NCBI GenBank assembly: GCA_964547565.1
Contig: CAZJOG010000002.1
Location: 1-39,690 of the forward strand
Origin: an uncultured Desulfovibrionaceae bacterium
GTDB taxonomy: Bacteria > Desulfobacterota > Desulfovibrionia > Desulfovibrionales > Desulfovibrionaceae
Direction: 5' to 3'
Length of the DNA stretch: 39,690 bases
Every line of letters starts with the position of its first letter. The first letter of the stretch is position 1. The notes below the pieces were generated by a model. That model was given only the letters and a program-made list of their open reading frames with translations, was not told the DNA's origin and ran no database searches. Positions 17,312 through 26,244 of this stretch are shown one piece after another. The position numbers and the translations under genes were made by a program.

Positions 17312-19044
17312 TGGTTCCCCCAGTTGTAACTAAAACCTTTCGGCAAATGTTGTAACAACTCAAAACCTCTTTCCATATTTTCTATCCCCCAACCCAAACC
17401 GATTGTAGCCGGCGCATCCATAAGCGCGGCTCCTAAACCAGCGAGTATAGGTTTAGCAGCTGCTCCAATAGCACCACCTGCAAATGCAGCAGGTAAATCC
17501 GCTGGCGACCATAAAGGTTCCCTGAGGCCGGGCTCATTGATATGAAAATTTCCGTTGGCCCATTCACGTTCAAATTCTGACCAATCTTGCGCATAGCGTT
17601 GAGGTTGCTTTATACCTGCTCCTAAACTTCTTACTACAGATAGTATCTCTTGCAGCTCTCTACTGTTTGGTTGCATACTCCAGGTATGGCCGTGGCTGGC
17701 CTCTGCCCCTGAAGGCGCACCCAAAAGGCCAGCACCTGCTGCCCCAGTACCAAGGGTTAGAGGAGGTAAAAGGCTTTTAGGGTCTTTCTTGACGTTTTGG
17801 CCTAATTCCCTTATCCTTTTTTCCAGAGAGGAACTGTCAGCTGAGAATCGTGCTTGCAGCGAAAACAAACTATTGGGGTTATCCTCAAGAGTAAGGTTAA
17901 ACGGGATGTGCTGTACCCCCAGTTCCTCATTGTTTTGGCTCCTTAATTTATTAAGGAGCCTTTTTGTATCTACAGGATTTGCTTGGTATATACCGGCCAT
18001 TCCATTTTCTGGCTTAAGTGCTGCTGTAAATGATACGGGGTTTGAAACTGCGGCTACGCCATGCTGAAATGGTGGATTTCCTTGCTTATAAAAAACATTT
18101 TTGCCTTCCGTTATCCCCTTGAGTATTTCAATTATCTGTTCATTAGAAAGCGCATCTTTTCCCATACGGGAATCCAAATAGTGCTGAATATTAAACGGAG
18201 TAGAAACATATTCGGGGATAGAAAATTTTGGTTCTTGTTTATTAAGAATCTCGAAAACGTTGTCTTGTACAGGCCCATGCACAATCTTTTCCATGTTCAC
18301 TTCTTTTCCAGCCTTAAGCGCATCTAGCCACTCTAACATTTTAGCTAAATTTGGTTTTAGTCCCATATTCACCTTGTTATTTGCCTCTGCCCCTGAAGGC
18401 GCACCCAAAAGACCAGCGCCTGTTGCAGCCGTACCAAGGGCGAGTGGGGGTAAAACAGATTTTTTGCTATTCTTGACCTTCTCAAATATTTCCGCTAATG
18501 TTGTTTCCACAGCAGGCTGATTGTTGACAGCAGAAAGTCGGGGCCGCTGCGAACTAGTCCCTCCGTACGAAGTATTACGATGTAAACTAGATATGGGGAG
18601 TGCCCCGTCCCCCCAACGGTCAGGCTGTTTTTCCAGCATTCTTAAAATATTATCAAATTTATCTTCAAATATTGTGCGGACTTCTATCCCCCCGCTGCTT
18701 AAGGGCACAGCCGGTGCAAAGAGTGACACAGGGTCACCCGGAAGCCACAGTGCCTCATTAGCGGCTCTACCACCACCTGGTTTATTGGGTATACCCCGTA
18801 GCAGTTCCCCACTATTTAGAAGCTCTACAAGTGACCTTGCTGTTTCTTCCGGTTGCCAATTATCTTTTTGAAAACGACTTTCCATTGCATGTGTTGTTGT
18901 CATAGTATCTGGCGTCCGAAATGCGGGATTTAATTTATTCAAATCTTTCAAAGCACTTTGTGGAAGCTCTCCTATTAAGAATTTCTGCTTAGGTTGAGTG
19001 TTCTTGAGTAATTGTAGAATTTTTTCTAAACCAATGCTTGCCAT
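17308..19044 (-). CDS. modular virion protein: two nuclease-like modules + Gly/Ala linkers + glycine-zipper C-terminal domain
   Basis: 578 aa. Internal duplication: LPPLALGTAATGAGLLGAPSGAEA and LPPLTLGTGAAGAGLLGAPSGAEA. Two homologous modules (...NPAFRTPDTMTTTHAMESRFQKD...LVELL / ...EPKFSIPEYVSTPFNIQHYLDSRMGKD...IIEIL). The C-terminus is shared with the protein at 30949..32061. Confidence 0.5.
   Translation of the reverse strand: MASIGLEKILQLLKNTQPKQKFLIGELPQSALKDLNKLNPAFRTPDTMTTTHAMESRFQKDNWQPEETARSLVELLNSGELLRGIPNKPGGGRAANEALWLPGDPVSLFAPAVPLSSGGIEVRTIFEDKFDNILRMLEKQPDRWGDGALPISSLHRNTSYGGTSSQRPRLSAVNNQPAVETTLAEIFEKVKNSKKSVLPPLALGTAATGAGLLGAPSGAEANNKVNMGLKPNLAKMLEWLDALKAGKEVNMEKIVHGPVQDNVFEILNKQEPKFSIPEYVSTPFNIQHYLDSRMGKDALSNEQIIEILKGITEGKNVFYKQGNPPFQHGVAAVSNPVSFTAALKPENGMAGIYQANPVDTKRLLNKLRSQNNEELGVQHIPFNLTLEDNPNSLFSLQARFSADSSSLEKRIRELGQNVKKDPKSLLPPLTLGTGAAGAGLLGAPSGAEASHGHTWSMQPNSRELQEILSVVRSLGAGIKQPQRYAQDWSEFEREWANGNFHINEPGLREPLWSPADLPAAFAGGAIGAAAKPILAGLGAALMDAPATIGLGWGIENMERGFELLQHLPKGFSYNWGNQ
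17359..17427. repeat. 69-nt stretch identical to 30991..31059
   Basis: CTCAAAACCTCTTTCCATATTTTCTATCCCCCAACCCAAACCGATTGTAGCCGGCGCATCCATAAGCGC is read at both places. The flanks are only partly similar. Confidence 0.9.
17699..17756. repeat. intragenic direct repeat, copy 1 (linker-coding)
   Basis: GCCTCTGCCCCTGAAGGCGCACCCAAAAG... recurs at 18383..18440 with a few substitutions. Confidence 0.85.
18383..18440. repeat. intragenic direct repeat, copy 2 (linker-coding)
   Basis: 29 nt identical to copy 1, then about 80% similar. Encodes LLGAPSGAEA plus the Gly/Ala segment. Confidence 0.85.
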
Positions 19045-19047
19045 ATC

Positions 19048-20613
19048 TCACCTCAACACCGCAAATTCCGCTACAATGTTTTCCACAGCAATAACCCCAC
19101 CTGTTGTGCGTATCTGCAGGCACATTTCCGCCTTACGGACATTGGCTTTATAGTCAAAGTATTGTTTGGGTATTGCGTTACCTCCAAAAATACTCCAAGT
19201 AGAAAATGTAATTTTTGTTTCTGCGTCAAAAATCTTTTGATCTGCTGTACCAATAGCGGCGGTCTCCACTTGTCGTATTAAAAAACGTTCATCATTCGCT
19301 CCGCTCACAGCTTCAATATTGACAAGGGCTGGAGCCATTCGGAAAATATTGGCTTTTATTTGTCTAAGCAATAAATCGCCACCCATGTTTTCATAACGCC
19401 GAGTACGCAGGGTTGTGGAAACAAGAATAGCCTTACCTTCCGACCCGCCTAAAATGTCTACCCCCTCAACACCGGAAAGTTCGTACAAAACACCATCTGC
19501 CCCACCAAGCAGAATTTTTTCTCCTGTTTCACACAGCGCATACAAGGAAACGGGGAAATCTAATTCTGTCCAGGCATTATCACGCAAAGGATGCGCAAGA
19601 AATATTTTTACACTGTTGCCGCGGCGCACCATAAACCACACCTGGGCAAGGTTTTTGACAAAGACCACAAGGACACTGCTTGCCCCACTTGTTGCTGGTG
19701 CAGCCATTGCCTGTATTTTAGGTGTCATCTTGGCATCTATGGCAATATCCCCATACGCGCCGCCAGGTGAAGGGGCCACACTTTGTGGGCCGTCTGTATC
19801 CAAAAAAAAAGCTTTGTCAGCCACGGAAATAATGGCATTCTGGAAAGCTCCCGCGTTTGTGGCAGAAACTTGTGCGGCAAACCAGCTTGCGGGGGTTCCA
19901 GCTGTACTTACCATGTGCAGGCGCTTGGCAATAACATCACCCATCGCGTTTTTTTGTACCTTGGAAACAAGCAAGACATTGTACAGGGCAGCAAAGCCAT
20001 TTATTTCCATACCATCCCCAAATCCTGCCTGCACAATAAGAGCTGCTGCACCATCTATGGTGCTCCATTCATCGTATTGCTCAGGGCCCGAAAAAAACAC
20101 AGCATCGGGCGAAGACAGGGAATTGCATACCACCCTGTCCGCCACTGAACCAAGCACCGTAGGTTTTTGGGGACTTCCTGGTATGACCTTGGGTGTTTCT
20201 CCTGTTTGCAAATTCACTTCTATAAGACCCGCATCTCTGCCATCTGCCACAAGCAAAATCCAGTTAAATGAAAGAACAGAGGGTAGGAAGCACTGCAAAT
20301 CCAGCACTTTTTCCCAAACTTGCCCATCCAGTTTCCAAAGTTTAGAGCCGGAAACCGCCAGAATGTATGCCGCGCCATTTGGCAATACATGGTAATGGAG
20401 AAGATCAATACCGCCTTCAAGGACTGGCACCCCGTATGGCTGCAAACCAAAACGTGTTGAAATACCCTGTATAGCCGGATGGTACCAAAAATTATAAGCC
20501 CGTGTGAGGGCATTTGCGCCAATAGATGCTGGTGAAGCAGAAAGATCGAGGCCTTCCCCTGGAAACACCTGCACGACCTTTACCTGTGCGTGTTTGCGGC
20601 TTCGTTGTGGCAT
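19048..20613 (-). CDS. tail tubular/nozzle-like protein
   Basis: 521 aa, follows a 200-aa adaptor-like gene. The N-terminus GEGLDLSASPASIGANALTRAYNFWYHPAIQGISTRFGL resembles the N-terminal pattern recalled for T7 gp12-type nozzle proteins. The call rests on position and size only. Confidence 0.4.
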   Translation of the reverse strand: MPQRSRKHAQVKVVQVFPGEGLDLSASPASIGANALTRAYNFWYHPAIQGISTRFGLQPYGVPVLEGGIDLLHYHVLPNGAAYILAVSGSKLWKLDGQVWEKVLDLQCFLPSVLSFNWILLVADGRDAGLIEVNLQTGETPKVIPGSPQKPTVLGSVADRVVCNSLSSPDAVFFSGPEQYDEWSTIDGAAALIVQAGFGDGMEINGFAALYNVLLVSKVQKNAMGDVIAKRLHMVSTAGTPASWFAAQVSATNAGAFQNAIISVADKAFFLDTDGPQSVAPSPGGAYGDIAIDAKMTPKIQAMAAPATSGASSVLVVFVKNLAQVWFMVRRGNSVKIFLAHPLRDNAWTELDFPVSLYALCETGEKILLGGADGVLYELSGVEGVDILGGSEGKAILVSTTLRTRRYENMGGDLLLRQIKANIFRMAPALVNIEAVSGANDERFLIRQVETAAIGTADQKIFDAETKITFSTWSIFGGNAIPKQYFDYKANVRKAEMCLQIRTTGGVIAVENIVAEFAVLR

Positions 20614-21215
20614 TACAACCAGCCCCTTGATTTTTTTACGGAAGGTTTACGAGCAAGGGCCAGTGTTAAAAGGCTGTTTTCCATATCTGCCAGAAGCTGG
20701 GTATCTTGTGCAATCGTCATTTCATCATAATTTGCAAGCCTAAGGCGCACATAATCCGCTAAAAGAGAATCAAACACCCCTTCCCATGGCATAAAAGAGG
20801 CCAAGTCTCGCACTGGATCTGGCTCTTTCCAGTATCGCAATACAAGAGTGACCCTTTGGGGTGAGCTCGTTTTAAGAATGCCGTTTTTACCATCCACTGC
20901 CCAAACCGCAAAGGGCATAAAAGCTTGGATAGTTTCCCATGCTTCTGTGGAAAGCATTTCCACAAGACGTCCGCCATTGTAAAGCCCCACAACCCCGCGA
21001 AAATCAGCAGGCAAAGGGAATGCATCTTCCCCTGCTTCCAGAGTGATACAAGCACGCCCGTGGCCATAATCAATGCCATGTTTTTTAAAAAGCCCCAACA
21101 GGCGACCTGCCGCTTTGTTCAGCTCTTCGCAGATAAACGCGTCAGACCAACGCGTATTCTGCAAGTCACCCACGCTTTCACGGATATTGTGTACAATGGT
21201 ATTGGCAAGGCTCAT
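20613..21215 (-). CDS. head-tail adaptor-like protein
   Basis: 200 aa, lies between the capsid and nozzle-like genes, with a start/stop overlap downstream. Positional inference only. Confidence 0.35.
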   Translation of the reverse strand: MSLANTIVHNIRESVGDLQNTRWSDAFICEELNKAAGRLLGLFKKHGIDYGHGRACITLEAGEDAFPLPADFRGVVGLYNGGRLVEMLSTEAWETIQAFMPFAVWAVDGKNGILKTSSPQRVTLVLRYWKEPDPVRDLASFMPWEGVFDSLLADYVRLRLANYDEMTIAQDTQLLADMENSLLTLALARKPSVKKSRGWL

Positions 21216-21493
21216 ATATTCACCCGTGTTTGCCCTTTATTGCCTGTGTCCAGTGCGAAAACCGTGCGGAATTCTGGATGCTTTGCTAAATATTGGCGTA
21301 AATCCTTACCTTCCAGCACTTCCCCCCGTGCTTTTTTTTCATCCAAAAGGCGCAGGTATTCTGTAAGCGGAATTTCCCCAATTACTCTGTGGGTTCCTTT
21401 TTTGCTCATGCCATTACGGCTGTTTGCCTCCACTTCTTTGGCGTATGTATGCACATCTCGAAAAATAATTGCGTCCTGGCTGCAAATATCCAT
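21212..21493 (-). CDS. hypothetical protein
   Basis: ATG 21493 follows AAGGAAAG; the TTG at 21511 is rejected. 93 aa, ATGA-type overlap with the next gene. Confidence 0.45.
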   Translation of the reverse strand: MDICSQDAIIFRDVHTYAKEVEANSRNGMSKKGTHRVIGEIPLTEYLRLLDEKKARGEVLEGKDLRQYLAKHPEFRTVFALDTGNKGQTRVNI

Positions 21494-21533
21494 TCTCTTT
21501 CCTTTATACAACGGCCCCCGTACCGTTGTTTGA

Positions 21534-22499
21534 CTACGCCACTTTCACGCGGCTAAGTTTTTCAACAGATCCCACGCCCTTTTTAGTAGAGCATTTTAGC
21601 GTTTGCTCTGTGACAAGCATACGTTTGTCACTGTCACCGCTTTTTGCCAGCTGATCTTCCTTTATAGGACGCAAAGTGAGGCGTTCAAAAATATCCTTCT
21701 GAAACACTAAAAGTTTATCGTACTCTTTACCATTGTCTGTTTCTGGTTTAATAAAACGCTCTGCTACAATAGCTACAGTACCCATATCCGTTTCAATAAC
21801 ACGCACAGAAAGGGTGATTTTCTTTTCTGTTGCATTTTGGTTAATAGTAAGACGGCCTTTATCTGTAAAATCAGAAATTTTCCGCTTTTGGTTCATGGGG
21901 GCGAGCACAGTGTCCGCTTCACAGCCAACGTCCCAGATACCCTGCATAACATCTAAAAGAATATCTTCTGTGATGGTATTGGTATCTGCAAAACTGCCTT
22001 CAAAATCAAAGTAAGATTCCGTGGCTTTATCTACAAAAGCAAAAGCACCGTCCATTTTGCGGGGAGTGCTGCCGGTGCCGGCCTGACGGATACCGTTTAA
22101 AAACGCCCACTCCAAATCTGTAGCCAGTTCTTTTGTTTTCAGTTTGCGAAGACGCGCCAGTTCACCTTTACGACCATATTTATCCACAACTTCCGCAGTA
22201 CCCGAAACGGAAAAATCCTTTTCAAAAATCTGGGTAAAGTTATCAAAACGGTCTGGAGCCAGGCCTTCTGTTGTCACCACATCAAAACCTTCCACATGCG
22301 CATTTTCACCAGGAGGGTTAAGTTCGTCTTCCAACCATTCTTCCTTACGTTGCTTGGCTGTGGCATTGTCCAGCATAGCGAGAAAAGGGGTTTTAGTGGG
22401 GGAAAAAAGCCCAATTCGATCAGAAACAGACGGTTTAAGACTGTTGTCATACTTTGGAGAATATGTTGTTGTTACAACACTTTTTACTTCAGTACCCAT
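21534..22499 (-). CDS. major capsid protein (HK97-fold, SU10/DUF5309-like)
   Basis: 321 aa, directly after the scaffold-like gene. The N-terminal SPTKTPFLAMLDNATAKQRKEEWLEDEL motif is recalled as typical for this capsid family. Confidence 0.6.
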   Translation of the reverse strand: MGTEVKSVVTTTYSPKYDNSLKPSVSDRIGLFSPTKTPFLAMLDNATAKQRKEEWLEDELNPPGENAHVEGFDVVTTEGLAPDRFDNFTQIFEKDFSVSGTAEVVDKYGRKGELARLRKLKTKELATDLEWAFLNGIRQAGTGSTPRKMDGAFAFVDKATESYFDFEGSFADTNTITEDILLDVMQGIWDVGCEADTVLAPMNQKRKISDFTDKGRLTINQNATEKKITLSVRVIETDMGTVAIVAERFIKPETDNGKEYDKLLVFQKDIFERLTLRPIKEDQLAKSGDSDKRMLVTEQTLKCSTKKGVGSVEKLSRVKVA

Positions 22500-22525
22500 A
22501 GTGTTTTCCTTTTTTGTTTAGAGGG

Positions 22526-23491
22526 TTAGATTTGCATATCATACAAAGCGGAAAGCGCATTGGCATCCCCGGCAAGTGCCCGTTCCCACACATGGTTCAT
22601 ACTATCCACGTCCTGTGCGGCAGCTTTGCCAGACTCCAGCATAGGTGCACGCGGAACTACACGCACAGGTGTTTTGCTTTTAGCAGGTGTTTTTTCATCA
22701 GAAGTAGCAGAGGAAACAGGGGAAGCAGGGGAATCCAGAATCCCTTCATTTTTGGCTTGCGCTAAAAACTTTTTGAAAAGTGTAAAATGCTGGCCAAAAA
22801 AAACCGGATCATTGCGTAGTTTTTGCTCTGTAGCCGCGGCTTCCTGCATGGTCATTTTGTTATGGCGTACCTCTTGTACCAGCATGGCTTGCATAGCTCC
22901 CACAATATCCGGGTAATCCGGGTCAGCATGGTAGCGTCCAAACTCTTGTGCTAACCTCAACTGTTGCACTTCCTGCATAGTTTTGCTGACATCAGGGTTA
23001 TACTTTTCTTCCACAACTTTTAATAACTGCGGAGTAAGCAAGGCAATAAGGTGATCAAGTCCCTGCACCTCCTGGCTACCTTCGGGAAAAATTGTTTCCG
23101 CTGGTTTTGCTTCTTTTTTTGCAGGTTGTTTGCCTGACACATAATCCTGGATAACCTGTAAAAGACCAGGAGTATTCTGTACTTCATCCATAAAAACAAG
23201 CGCATTTTCAATTTTGCCCTTGTTTTGCATAAAGTACGCCCCAACCTCTGTAAGCTGGATAAGCTCATCCCCTTCCATTTCCGTATCTTTACCAAAAATG
23301 GGCAAGACGTATTTTTCCGGTTCGTCAAAATCCTCAGGCTCTTTTTTTTCCTGTTTGCTTTCTGACTTGACGGCTTCTGTTGCAGGAACAGGGGGCAATA
23401 ACTCTTCCTGAAACTCTGCGCCCACATTTTCTGTAGTATCCAACTCTGCATCAAGCAACTCTTCATCAAAACTCACTTCATTTTCCGGCAT
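22526..23491 (-). CDS. scaffolding protein
   Basis: 321 aa, very acidic N-terminus (EVSFDEELLDAELDTTE...), helical, immediately upstream of the capsid gene. Confidence 0.5.
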   Translation of the reverse strand: MPENEVSFDEELLDAELDTTENVGAEFQEELLPPVPATEAVKSESKQEKKEPEDFDEPEKYVLPIFGKDTEMEGDELIQLTEVGAYFMQNKGKIENALVFMDEVQNTPGLLQVIQDYVSGKQPAKKEAKPAETIFPEGSQEVQGLDHLIALLTPQLLKVVEEKYNPDVSKTMQEVQQLRLAQEFGRYHADPDYPDIVGAMQAMLVQEVRHNKMTMQEAAATEQKLRNDPVFFGQHFTLFKKFLAQAKNEGILDSPASPVSSATSDEKTPAKSKTPVRVVPRAPMLESGKAAAQDVDSMNHVWERALAGDANALSALYDMQI

Positions 23492-23500
23492 ATATCCTCC

Positions 23501-23905
23501 TTACATCAGCCCCATTTTATGGAGCAGGTTAAGAACAAATGTTTTTACAGCAGGGGCTAAAAGATTAGCCACCATAAGCATGGCTGTTACAATGCCACCC
23601 ATGATAACAGCCTTTCCCTTGCTGTACCCATGCAGAACATCACGCTTTTCTTTTATCTCCTGGTAATTTCTTTCCAGAGATGCAAGCCTTGGTTCTGTAA
23701 GCCTTGTATTTTCCTCAAGCGTATGCAGGCGCTGCTCTGTTTGGCCAATGCGTTCCCCGTGGCGATAAAAACGCTTTTCCATTTCTTCAAAACGCCTGTT
23801 TACATCGGCTGTAAGTGTATCAAGACTCTTTTCCGTGCGTTTTGTGCTTTCTAAAAGCTCACCAAGAGTTTTCTTGATTTCCAGCACATGATCGATTAAT
23901 TCCAT
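23501..23905 (-). CDS. coiled-coil protein with C-terminal TM anchor (lysis-cassette accessory)
   Basis: 134 aa, heptad-like charged repeats, then AVIMGGIVTAMLMVANLLAPAV. TAATG overlap with the holin-like gene. Confidence 0.4.
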   Translation of the reverse strand: MELIDHVLEIKKTLGELLESTKRTEKSLDTLTADVNRRFEEMEKRFYRHGERIGQTEQRLHTLEENTRLTEPRLASLERNYQEIKEKRDVLHGYSKGKAVIMGGIVTAMLMVANLLAPAVKTFVLNLLHKMGLM

Positions 23906-24210
23906 TAAAAGCCCAACCCTAACATCCCTAAAAGTAGCGTAGTGATTTCCTTAAGTACGGAGGGCGGCAAAATCACATCTGGCCAGTAAGTGGCGATTAC
24001 ACTGCGCCCAACCACCTCCCAGGCAAACACAAGCGCCAGCACCCAGCCAAGAAAACCCCTCCAGGCTTTCAAACGTGTGTGTCCAGAAGTAGAAACTTCC
24101 GCCTCATTTATCCTCGCTTGCGCTTCATTCACTTTGCTACGGTCAGGAAGTACACGGTCAAAAAGTTTTCCAAAGGCATTCATAATGCCACCGAGAATAG
24201 GTATATTCAC
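23905..24210 (-). CDS. putative holin
   Basis: 101 aa, directly downstream of the endolysin. Amphipathic N-terminus GKLFDRVLPDRSKVNEAQARI, then hydrophobic segments FLGWVLALVFAWEVVG and TTLLLGMLGLGF. This resembles the 3-TM holin type. Confidence 0.5.
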   Translation of the reverse strand: MNIPILGGIMNAFGKLFDRVLPDRSKVNEAQARINEAEVSTSGHTRLKAWRGFLGWVLALVFAWEVVGRSVIATYWPDVILPPSVLKEITTLLLGMLGLGF

Positions 24211-24224
24211 ATCCCAAAACCTCC

Positions 24225-24803
24225 TTATGCCGCCAGCATGGCTTTTTTCAAATTATTGCAACGGTTCAGCCAGCCTGTAAGAAAGATTTTTTGGCTAGGC
24301 TCTGCATCTGCAAGTTGACGGAAAAACTTTCGCCTTTCTTCCACCAAAAATGAAATAAGCCGAGTATCCATACGCAGAAGCTCTGTTTTTGTTTTGAGCC
24401 CAAGGATACCATCCACTACAAGTAATGGTCTATCCTCCAGCGTGTTTACAGCCTTTTGTGCCATTTTTACGGCAGTTGCCTTGCCATGATTCACAGAAGC
24501 GTCAAACAGAAAAAGCTGTATAGCAGAGGGCAAGTTTTCTATACTTGGTATAGTATTCCAGAAATATTCCCTGTAAATTGCTTCTGCCTGCTTTCCCGTG
24601 AGACTTTTTACTGTCGCAATAGTTGCCGGGAGTTCTACCCCAATAGAGGCAAACCAAGGAAATTCCTCCTTCTGTATACCTTGCAAAAAGCGCAGGCTTA
24701 TGCCGTAATTTGTTGCCCCACCTTTATCTTTGGGGTTATTTACATACCCGCCTTCTGCGGGTTTGGTAAAAGCGTAGGCTTGCTGAAATCCTGCTACTTC
24801 CAT
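24225..24803 (-). CDS. endolysin, GH108 lysozyme-like N-terminus + peptidoglycan-binding C-terminus
   Basis: FTKPAEGGYVNNPKDKGGATNYGIS is the GH108 signature (EGGY..DP.D.GG.T..GI). C-terminal VVDGILGLKTKTEL is PG_binding_3-like. Confidence 0.85.
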   Translation of the reverse strand: MEVAGFQQAYAFTKPAEGGYVNNPKDKGGATNYGISLRFLQGIQKEEFPWFASIGVELPATIATVKSLTGKQAEAIYREYFWNTIPSIENLPSAIQLFLFDASVNHGKATAVKMAQKAVNTLEDRPLLVVDGILGLKTKTELLRMDTRLISFLVEERRKFFRQLADAEPSQKIFLTGWLNRCNNLKKAMLAA

Positions 24804-25027
24804 ACACCCTCCATAATATCCCCTATACGTTTTGCAAAAATGGCCGCATCAGACATAAAGATAGAAAGCATCACAAGCGCGCATTCCTGTTGTTCGTTTG
24901 TTTCCATGCTGCCATCTTCCTTTATTGTGTTTGTTGTAAGTGGTTGCGACAGTTTACACACATCGCACTCTGCACCAAAGGGACAAATTTTTTGCGTTGT
25001 TTGGTTCATAGCTGCAGCATTACTCAT
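24794..25027 (-). CDS. hypothetical small protein
   Basis: 77 aa. The ATG overlaps the rSAM stop by 8 nt and the stop overlaps the endolysin start. No clear SD. Contains CPFGAECDVC. Confidence 0.35.
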   Translation of the reverse strand: MSNAAAMNQTTQKICPFGAECDVCKLSQPLTTNTIKEDGSMETNEQQECALVMLSIFMSDAAIFAKRIGDIMEGVWK

Positions 25028-26243
25028 ATTTTATTGCAAAAATCTCTTCTGGCTCTTCGCCCGTTACAAGCCAGAATTTATAAAGAAACCGAGGCATAGA
25101 ATACGCATAGGACTGAGAACAAAAGGAAGCATTCGGTTCAATGTAGCTCAGGAAACACCTGTTGCAGGTAGCCCTAAACAAACAATCATGACAAACCTGA
25201 CGCTCATCATAAAACTCATGCCGCATTTTTAGTCGTTCTTCCCTGAACTGTTTGCGTAGGAGGGGGATGTTTTCATTACCCAAAAATGAACCGAGCTTTC
25301 TATTTCCATCATACTCAGGGCCATTTAGACAAGGATATACGTCACCATTTATGTAACAATGGGTTTGGGTTTCCTTCAAAGCCGTACAACCTTTTTCCCC
25401 AATGGTAACTTCCATTCCTTTGGGTGCGCCTATCATCCCAGCAAATTCAGGGAGTATTTTAATATGGTTGCGAATGAAGTGAAAGTTTTTTTGCGCTTGT
25501 TTCCACCCTTCCTGTGCATCTAATATATAACTGTCATCAAGCAGTTCGCCCGTGAATGGTATCGCAAAGACAAAGTGCGTAAAGTAGATAAGATGCTCCA
25601 AATCACGTCCAATTTTGTCATAAATAGGTTGAATGATGGTTTCCCAGTCCATCCAGTGCGTACTCCAGGTGATATTAAAGTTTACCTTACCAGGTAGGTT
25701 TTTTAACAGTTTCCGTATGCAACGCACCACATTTTTATTGTCCAGTACATCTATATTTCTATGGAATTTTGTACTTACTCCGTCATGGCTTATTTTCACC
25801 TCCACGTTTTTTTCAATAAGCCAATCTGAAATTTCATCTGTCAATAGGGATGCGTTTGTAATTGTTGCATAACGTATAGACGGAATGTGTTTTCGTATCG
25901 AAACATCAAAGTTTTTCATATCCTCAAAATGTAACAGAGGCTCACCACCAAAAAAAACAACATGTTTCAAATCGGGTACTTGCGTTACTATGGCATCTAC
26001 AAGTTTTTCAATTTGATCCAGAGGCGTAGGAGTAATTTTTTCCTTTAAATGCAGATTTGGAAAACAATAATTGCAACTGAAGTTACAATTATCGCTAAAT
26101 TTCAATATAAGGCTTACAGGGCGCTCTTTTTTATGCTCTTGCATATTGACAGGAGTAAAAAGCTTACCCTTTTCATCATAAAAACTATCAGTTTGTGGGC
26201 TGTATTGATAAATTTTTTCCTTAGTCTTTATTCCATAGATCAT
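25020..26243 (-). CDS. radical SAM enzyme with SPASM-like C-terminal auxiliary-cluster domain
   Basis: ATG 26243 lies 1 nt after the upstream TAA and is preceded by GGAGGA. CNFSCNYC (CX3CX2C) is at 26064..26087, GGEPLL downstream. C-terminal GCTALKETQTHCYINGDVYPC...VCHDCLFRATCNRC (25155..25193) plus a further Cys. Confidence 0.85.
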   Translation of the reverse strand: MIYGIKTKEKIYQYSPQTDSFYDEKGKLFTPVNMQEHKKERPVSLILKFSDNCNFSCNYCFPNLHLKEKITPTPLDQIEKLVDAIVTQVPDLKHVVFFGGEPLLHFEDMKNFDVSIRKHIPSIRYATITNASLLTDEISDWLIEKNVEVKISHDGVSTKFHRNIDVLDNKNVVRCIRKLLKNLPGKVNFNITWSTHWMDWETIIQPIYDKIGRDLEHLIYFTHFVFAIPFTGELLDDSYILDAQEGWKQAQKNFHFIRNHIKILPEFAGMIGAPKGMEVTIGEKGCTALKETQTHCYINGDVYPCLNGPEYDGNRKLGSFLGNENIPLLRKQFREERLKMRHEFYDERQVCHDCLFRATCNRCFLSYIEPNASFCSQSYAYSMPRFLYKFWLVTGEEPEEIFAIKYE

Positions 26244-26244
26244 G

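Noticed and set aside
19415-20395. 326-aa plus-strand ORF
   Set aside because: It lies entirely antisense to the 521-aa nozzle-like gene. It has a Ser/Pro/Ala/Thr-rich low-complexity translation and no RBS, so it is a shadow ORF of a long coding region. The same reasoning applies to the other plus-strand ORFs inside 11443..33943.
24456-25232. 258-aa plus-strand ORF spanning the endolysin / 77-aa / rSAM junction
   Set aside because: It is antisense to three well-supported minus-strand genes, has odd Cys/Phe-rich composition and no SD.
25020-26243. The prophage radical-SAM enzyme as an anaerobic sulfatase-maturating enzyme serving the sulfatase-like gene at 856..2445
   Set aside because: The sulfatase-like protein has Thr, not Cys/Ser, at the FGly position. 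The genes are 23 kb apart in unrelated genetic contexts (chromosome versus prophage). The enzyme has its own adjacent Cys-rich candidate substrate. A distant anSME-like ancestry cannot be excluded without a phylogeny.
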